Positions 54,990 to 64,000 of a DNA stretch of 64,000 bases are shown here, one piece after another. Where the stretch lies: NCBI GenBank assembly GCA_964016885.1, contig OZ024743.1, positions 253,332,001 through 253,396,000 on the forward strand, given 5' to 3'. Below the pieces are notes generated by a model that worked only from the letters and a program-made list of their open reading frames with translations, made no database searches and was not told the DNA's origin. The position numbers and the translations under genes are program-made. Source of the DNA: Eledone cirrhosa (Eukaryota). How positions within the stretch are numbered: the first letter of the stretch is position 1; each line of letters starts with the position of its first letter.

Positions 54990-57900
54990 TTCTCTCACCC
55001 ATATTTCAACAAAATGCTGGGAAGAGAGCACTTCCCTCTCTACTCTGATTTTCCTTTTCAAATGAAATTTGAAAAAGTCAATCAGGGCATCACCGAAGAG
55101 GTAATAGCTCGTCTTCAGCCCTTTCAGGTGTCCACCATACTATCTCTTTCGCCATGGCCACCAGACAGATAAAAACTGCCTGCCCTTCCCGGCTAAAGGA
55201 GGAGGGCGGGGCAATCCTCACGATGGACTCAGATGATAGCCGGATCCGTCCTACACGCGACAGCAGGTGTTCGACATAAACCCACAAGTCAGCAATTTTC
55301 GGACACTGGACGAGTGCGTGCAGGACTGTTTCGTCGCCCTGCGCGCATCTCGGACATGCCCGGCTGACGGCACCTCCATGTCTGTAGAGTTTATCCCGAA
55401 CTGGCAAAGCTCCTCGGTAGCATTGCCAGGCCAGAGATTTCTGGAAGTTGTCCATAGGCCCTGGTCCGAAAGTTCTTCCGAAGAGATTGGCTAGTTATTT
55501 TCGTCGACGCCTAGAGTTTCCCCAAGTACGTCGTCGCACTTCCCCTTCACTAATCCTCTATAGAACGCCGAGGTGGAGTTTCCACCGATCACATTGCCCG
55601 ATTGGTCGAGGGCTGTGAGCGCCTGAAGACATTCCAGTCTCCAGGCGCTCCCTCTCGGTCTTCGCTTCACCCAGCACTGCAGCTCCGTCAAGGAAACGAG
55701 CTGGGGAAATACGTGTCTAGCAAACGGCGACCACACCTGATCACCGTCGAGGAAGAGGTGGAGATGTCGTAGCCCGAGCGCGTGCCTGCGCATCATCAGC
55801 CACGGCATTCGCGTAGCGTGTGTTGACAGCAGATGGACCGCCTGACCATCGGAGCGCGTCCCTTCCACAAAAAGCGAAAGAGCAAACGCTCCAGCGCAGT
55901 CAGGCGGGGCTTAGGACAAGGTACGACGGTCAGGCGGAAGCAGATGACAGACGCGATGTACGCGTTAGCCACCTCCGCTCGACCTTTCAGGGATAGCTTC
56001 CTCTCCGCCCATTTCTGGGTGAGAGAAGCCACCCTGCTCGTCACCTCGTCCCAGTTTTTGTCCGTCTGGAGGTGCGGACCGAACCAGAACCCTAGCAATT
56101 TAACCGGTCCGTCCGTCCAGCGTCCGACGATGCTGTTGGACGGCATGGACCTGCCTCTCCAGGTGCCGAGCTGCAGGCCCACTGACTTTTCCTGGTTGAT
56201 CATTGCTCCTGTCACCGCTTCGTATTCTCTTAGTGTAGTGCCCATCGCCTCGACGTGTTTGGCGTTCAACACCACTACGGTGACATCGACCGCATATGCT
56301 GACACGGATCTTCCGCATCCTAGTTCGCGCGGGACGCCCCTCAACGTCTCCAGTTTGTGCAGTAATGGCTCGAGAGTCAATACGTACAAGAGGGACGAGA
56401 GGGGACATCCTTAGCGGACCGAGCGCATGATGTTGAACGGTTCCGAAAGGTGACCGTTCACTCTCACCACAGAGCAGATGTCGCTGTGCATGGCAGCGAT
56501 CCAGCCTCTGAAGACGGGCCCAAAGCCAGCCGCCCTCAGGACTACCGCTAGGTAACGATGGTCGACCCTATCGAAAGATTTCGACTGATCTAAATTGATC
56601 AAGGACCCACCCGTGCCAGGTTCCCTAGCTACCCTATCTCCGATGTATCGCATGAGGTGGAGGTTGTCGTGGATGGATGGATCTGTCGGGATTGGCGCAT
56701 GTCTGCGCCTGTCCCACCAGACCACCAACGACAAGCGCCAACCTCTTTGCTAGCACTTTGTCCAAAATCTTGAACTATGTGATTAGCAGAGTTATGGGCC
56801 TGAAATTATCTATGTTATCCCCCTTGTTCGGATCCTTTCTCAGCAGTGCCACCGCTCCTCGGCTCACAGAACTGGGAATTCTCCCGTTCTGTTGCCAGTT
56901 GCAGTAGACGTCCGCCAAGAGGCCTCCGAAAACGTCTGGCATCTGTACGTAAGTTCATAGGACAGACCATCCAAACCAGGCGATTTACCCCTTGTGCAGC
57001 CAGTCATTGCCTCCCTTACTTCAGCGGCTGTTATCGGTTTTTCGCAACACTCCGCCTCAGTGGTCGAGAGCCGCGGCAGTCCGTCGCGGTAGACACTAAA
57101 GTCCATCCCTCGACCCGGCCAACCGCTGCCCCAGAACAGCTGAGTGAAGTGTCGCTGAAAAGCTTCACACATTTGCCCGGGATCGAGTAGCATACGCCCG
57201 TCGTGGTCCACCAAAGACAGGATCGTGGCTTTGTTGCCACGACGCGCCTCCGCCACTCGGGCCCATTGAACGGCTTTTGTCCCCTCGTATCTGAGAGCAC
57301 GCACCCTAGCTCTGACAACGCAGCCTTCGTGCTTCGCATTGAAGAATTGGTCAAGGGCCAATTTCGCCGCAAGCACGTCGGACGCAATGCCTTTGCTAAG
57401 CGCCTCGTCTAATTTTCTAACTAGTTCTCCCTCTGCTCTATTTTTCTCTATTGCTAAAGCCTTACTAAACCTAATGGATTCTATTCTAATCGCTCTTTTC
57501 AGAGCAAACCACCACAGTTCGGTAATCCGGTCTCTGTAGGCCTTGCGCGCTGGTAAGGACGCGTTTAGCTTCCAGTAGCCGGGTCCTCGTCTATGAAGCC
57601 TATCTAAGTCAAGCACACAGATCACGAAGTTGTGGTCCGTGTAGCAGACTATCTTGAATTGTGGACAGCCTATGCTAGACCTATCTATTTCCCTACAAAA
57701 TACTCTATCTAGATATGATCTGGATGACCCTATGCGATTTGTCCAAGTCCTCATTGGTACATTTGGGAAATCCATTCGGTACCTGTCAGACAGTTCAAAA
57801 CGTCTGAGCATGTTGGTGAGACTTTTGCACCCTCCTCACCTATCCACTAATCCCACACAGTCCCAGCGTGCATCTAAGAACCCGTTCCAGTCACCCACTA

Positions 57901-58312
57901 ACACTAAAGAGCGGGACGTTCCAAGAAAGGTCTCCAGACGCCGGAAGATATCAGGCCGCCCTGTTCCTGTCGGGGCATAGACGGCCACTAGCCTGAAAGC
58001 TTGCCCGTCTCCGCTGGTCACGTCCAGCACCACCAACTTACATTCTGGGTCCAGGAAGATGGCTCGTATGACAAGATCCAAACCTCTCCGAAAAAACACA
58101 GTAACTCCACCCCCCGATCCCGGACGGCTGGGAGATGCGTACACATCGTAGCCGCCGAAGATCGGTGCGAAGGCCGGTGATTCGGAGATTCTGTTCTCGC
58201 TGATCGCCACTAGATCTATGTTTAGTGACGTTAGGTCGTTGAGCAGGTGGCCCTGCTTCCATGACGACCCCAAGCCACGCGCATTTATTCTGCCTATTCT
58301 GAGTGAGGTCAT
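54990..58312 (-). pseudogene. Tx1-like ORF2 (AP endonuclease, RT, C-terminal zinc knuckle), multiple frameshifts
   Basis: INARGL, VAVYAP, VGDWN, SYLDR, TDH, GPGYWKLN, KSPGLDGL, LDQSKSFDRVDH, SAYAVD (YADD mutated), LSLKGR, CPRC..ETVLHALVQC. Confidence 0.9.
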
Positions 58313-58346
58313 GTTGAAATGGAGTGGAAAAGATGGGATAGACCAC

Positions 58347-60263
58347 TTACCTTACTTCTCGTAGAGGAAGGACGGTTTCTCCATCCTTTACACTGCTTCT
58401 GGCCTCCTCAGGAAGGATGTCATTATAAATCCTCCTGGAGAGTGCTTGTCGGAAGTCTCCGATGTCTTTGGGGAATTTTTGTTTTAGTGTCATGTACGTT
58501 TTCTGTGTGATGCGAGTGATTTGTATGTGTAGAGTTGGTGTGAACTTTTGGGTTGTTGTGTAGTCTTTTTCTGTGATGCTGGTGTTGTGTTGGATGTAGT
58601 GTAATAATTGGTTGTTGTTCAAATTTAATGCTGTGTAGTGTGTATCGTTTTGGATGTTTTGTTTTGTTTGCGTTTGTTGTGGGTTTGTTTCTGTTTCGTT
58701 TTTTGGTGACTTTTGTGGTGTAGGTGATGGTGGTGTTGGGGTTAATGATGGTGATGGTGTTGGTGTTTGTGGTGATGGGGTTGGTGATGCTGGTGTGGAT
58801 GGTGGCATATCTGTCCTAGCTTTTTTGTTTGATAGTTTATTTGTTTCCCTCTGTATTTTGTTTTTGGAGGGGGAAGGAAGAGAATTTTTTCTTTTTTGGT
58901 TTCTTTTTCTCTTTTTTCCTGATACCGTTTCCCACTCCTCGTCGTCACAATCTGTCTCCAGTTGTGATAGGCCGGAAAGTGGAAAATCCTCCACAGGCGT
59001 TAGTTTGGGTTCTGGCGTGGTGGATGGTGTAGGCGCTAGTGCTAGTTCTGGCGCGTTGGGTGGTGGTGGTGTTGGTCTCGCTACTATTGCTGGGGTTGTT
59101 GCTATTACAGTTGCTTCTGATGTTGCTGCCATCTCTGCTGCTGGTGTTGTTGATTGTTGACTCACTGGGGTGGGTAGGAGAGGTGGCCTCAACCTTTTAG
59201 CCTGAGTGCAGAAAGCCCTTAGGTGGGTTCCTTCACCACAAACGACACACCTAGGCCTTCTGTCCTCGACAATTACGGTGAGGTGGCTGCCGTCACTGAG
59301 ATCTATTACCTCTGAGATCTCCTCAATGCTTTTTTGGTCCGCTTGGATCAGGAACTCCATCCCAGATCCGGACCAGTTCTCCTGCTTTTCTTTCGCTATT
59401 TCGATTATCTTGGTGTTGGCTTCGATGCCGGCGAGGATGGCAGCTATTAGCCAGGGAATTTCGATGGCCGGTGGAACATGGTCGACCTTGATCTTTACGA
59501 TTCTCTGGCCACTATAGCTTGGGACGAGTGTGAATTAGTCACTTCTTAATGGGGCCATGAAGTGTTCTCTAGCCTCCTGTGGTGTTTCCACGGTTCCATA
59601 CTTCTGCCCACGTCTGATGTGGGTTTTTTTTGCCCACACATGTCCCAAAGCTTTTTGGATTTGGGACTCGGATGCCCGTTCCACTCGGCGCGATTTTATA
59701 TTCATTGTTCGATAAGACACGGTGCATAGGCGCCGATGCTCCATTTTATTATGTGGGTGGGTGAGGCTGACTCTGTACCCATCTTTCTTTACCATTTTGT
59801 TGGCTTCTTCTAATTCCTCCTGAGTTACCTGAAATGCTTGCACTGTTTTTCTACTCTCGCAAAACTCAGGGTGGTTTTCTTAATGTCATTGTTGCTGTTG
59901 TTGTTATCGTTATTATTAATTTTAGTTTCAGTTGTGGTGAAGGTGGCGTCAGTGGTGTTGGGTGTGGAAGAGTTCATTTTCGTTGAATTCATTTCGATAT
60001 CACGAGTTAATTTATTTTTTTTCTTTTGTTTCTGTTGTCGCGATGGTGGTGGTGGTGGGGGTGGTGGTGGTGGGGGTGGTGGCGGCGGCTTTTACACCTG
60101 CAGTCATTGGTAATGGCGGGAAATGAATGTCTGCCTGAGACAAATTTAAAATATTGCTACTGCTTATATTTGTTCTAGTGTTGGCAAATGTAGTAATATT
60201 TACAATGGTGGTGTCGGTGTGAGGTGTTAGTTTGTGAGAAAGGAGTGACTCTGAGTCAGCCAT
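58347..60263 (-). pseudogene. Tx1-like ORF1, frameshifted
   Basis: Zinc knuckle CVVCGEGTHLRAFC with Pro/Thr-rich linkers, directly upstream of ORF2. Confidence 0.75.
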
Positions 60264-61329
60264 GATGTTTCAAAGAAAAATTTGTGTTTGATAATTATAA
60301 AAGTTTAAATTTTGGGCTCAAGGCCCCAATCTTTTTGGGTGTCCTTTTCAGATAACAATGTATGTGCACTTATATACAGTTCACAATAAAAATTATCCAT
60401 GAATAGCAATTTTAAACAACTGAAAATAACAAACATTTGCGGAGCTAACGATGATACGATTTACTACGTAGGTCGTCAATAACGATAATAATGAAGGGAA
60501 GAAAACGCACATGGAGGAGATATATCGTTATGGAATCGCTCCCGTAAGTTTTTGATTTTTACTTATTTAAAACAAATGTGATAGAATAATTCTTATTACA
60601 AATGAAATATAAGATTACAGTTTTTAACGCTCAGCAAGCCATGACGCATCACTTTACGGCATAGGGCCCCAATATTTAATATTTAATTTTGGATCAGAAA
60701 TGTTATAGTCGAAAAAAGAGGAAAATGGCTAAATAGTTAAATGGCTAAGTGGACAGACAAGCAAATAATTTCACCACCAACACCACCACCGCCACCATCA
60801 CTACTACCACGCCGAAAACTCTATTCAAGTTACCTAAATATCTATTTCTACTTCAACTTCAACACAATCACTACAGTACTACGATCACATCATCACCACC
60901 ACTGCCTCATTATCGCTACCGCCGCTATTCTCTCCCACTACCTCCTGCTAATTACTACTAGCAAAGCACCACCACCACCACCACTGCCTCATTATCACTA
61001 CCGCTTCTATTCTCTCCCACTATCTACTGCTAAGACATTCATCGTAGTGTCCCCACTAAAAGAGGAAGGCTTCAAAAGATATAAATAGACTGATTTGATG
61101 ACCCGGTCAAAAAATCAAAAACACAAAAATCAAAATCAAAACAGCACCGCAACAACGAAACACATAAAGAAAAGAAAAATGAAAAGAAAAAAAACAAACA
61201 GACAGACACAGAAGGAAAGGGGAAAAAAAACTTAGACATTCAAAGATTACATTACAATGAAACTTATGCTTATTTTTTGGTTTTTTTTTAAACCTATTTG
61301 TTTGTTTGTTTATTTATGTTAGTCTACAA

Positions 61330-64000
61330 CGTGATAGTGCCACACCAAAATCACGGGGGGTGATGAAATCACCGGTGGTTATGTAACCATACATTCACCA
61401 ATCCTCGATAAGAGTGTTTAAATGTCGAACCTAAACAGTTCGAATAACGGTGAAGTGGAGACTGGAATGTCATGTGACAGACTCTGACCCAGCAGGTGCT
61501 CCCTGGCTCAGAAGCAGGGACCTGGCTGTCAACCAAATACTGCTGGTGTCGGAGGAAGAAGAAGAAGGAAAGGGACCAGAACCAACTGGACGAAAGAATT
61601 GAATAGAACTGTTATGCAATGTTACCTGAAGAGTAACCCCAAGGCTATAGGAAACGGATGCATAACATCTGGAACGAGATTGGTCTATTTAAATTAGATG
61701 AACAAAAATTGGCCGAGTAGGCTGGGGTAATAAGAACTAATGGGTGGATAAGCGAGTTGGAACTGGAGGAACTGAGCACAGAGATTAGGTTGGAAATGGA
61801 GCGTGGAGTATGCCAGGCAAACGAGCCAGTGGGAAATGAAGGTGAAGAGGTTGAGAGAACGGAGGAACCATCCGAAGCAGACAATGATCTGAATGCTGAA
61901 ATAAATAATACCTGGAACAGAGGTACGGCCATGGAGGAGATGAATGCTGACGGGCCAGGACAAGATTTGGTTGACATCCTAATCTTACTGGTAGATGAAT
62001 TGAACAATGATAGTGGGAAACCTATGCATCTAAGATTTGTAGACAGGAAAAAAGTTAAAAGAAACAACAGCTAAGGTAAACAAAGTCATCCCATACCTTG
62101 AGGCGAGGAGCTTTCACCAGTGCAACAATATCCTCAAAGCAACAGCAAATGCGGTGAGGAAATTACTTGGCATAAAAGCGAGAGGAAACAACAAACAAGA
62201 AAGATAAGAACATTGGTTGAAGAAACGACTGAATGGTCAAATCAGGTAAATGAGAAATGACATTGGAAAGCTTGAGTCCCTACTGAATGGGACACTAAAA
62301 AACATAGACACTAAAAATAGACTGGAAATAAAGTACAAAACTAGGAGGAAAAAGCTAAATATTATCATAGAGGAACTGAAGCAACGCATTGTAGCAAAGA
62401 GTGCAAAAATTAGGAGATACGAGAGCAGTATAGACAGAATAGACAGAACCGCATGTTTGACAACAATCAGAAGATGCTGTTTGGACCGCTTGGGGGGAAA
62501 GAAAGAGGCAACGATTTGATCCCTGAGGCGGAGCAAACTAAGACATCCTGGAGAGGAATATGGGAGCAGGATGTTAAACATAATGACCAGGCAGTGTGGA
62601 TTGAGACAGTACAGAAGGAGATTAGTGAACAGGCACACCAACAAACTGATTTGAGTATCACAGTTGAAACTCTTAAGGGGCAGGCCAAAAGACTAACCAA
62701 CTGGAAATCACCAGGCCCAGATGGTGTGCAGGGGTATTGGATTAAAAATATAACATCCCTCCAGCCGAAACTGACAACCATGTTCAATGACTGCTTGATG
62801 TCAGGTGAGGTACCGGAGTGGTTGACAAAAGGTACCACAGTTCTGGTAATGAAAGACCGAATCAAGGTTAATGATGTTACCAACTATAGACCTATCACAT
62901 GTCTGTCCGTAATGTGGAAACTGTTGACAAGCATTATGTCTGAGGAAATCTACCATCACCTCCACACAGACAACTTGTTATCGGATGAACAGAAAGGATG
63001 CCGAAAGAAGTCCCGTGGTACAAAGGACCAGTTACGTATTGATAAGATGGTAATGAGGAATTGCAAGAGGAGACAGACTGGTCTTGCCATGGGATGGATA
63101 GACTACAAAAAGGCATTTGACATGGTGCCTCATTCTTGGATCACCAAAAGCCTAGAGATCTTCAAGGTGGCAGATAACATCAGACAGTTGTTGGGCAAAA
63201 GAATTAAGTCCTGCAAAACAGAGTTAACATCAGCTGGACAATTCTTGGGAGGCGTGACGATCAAGAGAGGTATCTTCCATGGAGATAGTCTGTCCCCTCT
63301 GATGTTTGTGTTTGCCCTGATGCCCTTGACCATTATACTGCGAAAAGTGAGAGCAGGATACAAGTTGGGAAAGGGAGAGCTTACCATCAATCACCTCCTC
63401 TTCATGGACGATCTTAAGCTCTTCGGAAAGAGTGAGAAGGAGTTGGATGTGCTTGTTGACACTGTTCGTATTTTCAGCAATGATATATGTATGCAATTTG
63501 GTATTAGTAAGTGTGGAGTCTTTGTGATGAAGAGGGGTAAATTGAGCAGAAGCAACGGAATCCAGGTACCAACAGGTGAGATGATAAAGGAAATTGGCAC
63601 TGAAGAAGGATACAAGTATTTGGGTGTTCTGGAGGCTGATGACATCAAGAACAAAAAAATGAAGGAATTAATAAGATCTGAATACATTCGGAGAATAAGG
63701 AGCGTATTAAAGTCACATTTGAACAGTAGGAATGCCATAAGTGCAGTAAATTCCCGTGCTGTGTCTATTATTAGGTACAGTGCGGGAATTCTGAGATGGA
63801 ATGTTGCTGAACAAAAAGAAATGAATAGGAAGACTAGGAAACTATTGACTATCTTCAATATGTTCCACAAGAGTAGTGATGTCGATAGACTCTACTTAAG
63901 GAGATCTGAAGGTGGAAGAGGTCTTATCAGCATAGAGGACTGTGTTCAGATGGAGAAAAACAACCTACACAAATACGTGACTGATAGTAAGGAGCCAATG
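61330..64000 (+). mobile_element. RLE-type (R4/Dong-like) non-LTR retrotransposon, disrupted, truncated by window end
   Basis: NWKSPGPDGVQGYWIK, NYRPITCL, EQKGC, WIDYKKAFDMVPHSW, RGIFHGDSLSPL, HLLFMDDLKL, YKYLG, DVDRLYLRRSEGGRGL. Stops and frameshifts occur upstream. The 5' boundary is approximate. Confidence 0.85.

Larger units (their letters stand above)
54691..60477 (-). mobile_element. Near-full-length L1/Tx1-clade non-LTR retrotransposon, decayed
   Basis: 5' UTR, ORF1, ORF2 (APE, RT, CCHC) and a 3' aataaa-like signal running into (ATT)n. The 5' boundary is approximate. Confidence 0.88.

Noticed and set aside
58654-59160. 168-aa Gly/Val-rich plus-strand ORF and other antisense ORFs over retroelements
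   Set aside because: They are shadow frames of the opposite-strand element ORFs.

Overview
AT-rich, microsatellite-saturated eukaryotic non-genic or intronic DNA. The SINE family and repeat content fit an octopus/coleoid cephalopod genome (inference). I see no supportable host gene; almost all short ORFs are translated (TA)n/(CA)n tracts. The window is dominated by transposable elements. Penelope-like elements (PLEs) include one near-complete RT+GIY-YIG element built as a 5.3-kb tail-out palindrome (46750-52049), five diverged Hydra-type GIY-YIG fragments, and many short fold-back relics in (TA)n. Several of these carry minimal hammerhead ribozyme (HHR) motifs. Also present: a decayed near-full-length L1/Tx1 element, an RLE-type (R4/Dong-like) element cut by the window end, RTE remnants, Chapaev3, hAT and Helitron relics, and about 10 tRNA-derived SINE copies. 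The most notable signal is a ~65-nt motif found in four diverged copies (4938-5006, 34485-34542, 34742-34810, 46433-46502). It shows compensatory base changes and carries the hammerhead core strands in a non-circular order, joined through a kink-turn. It is a candidate new ribozyme topology and is untested. All structures were read by eye and coordinates are approximate to a few bases.
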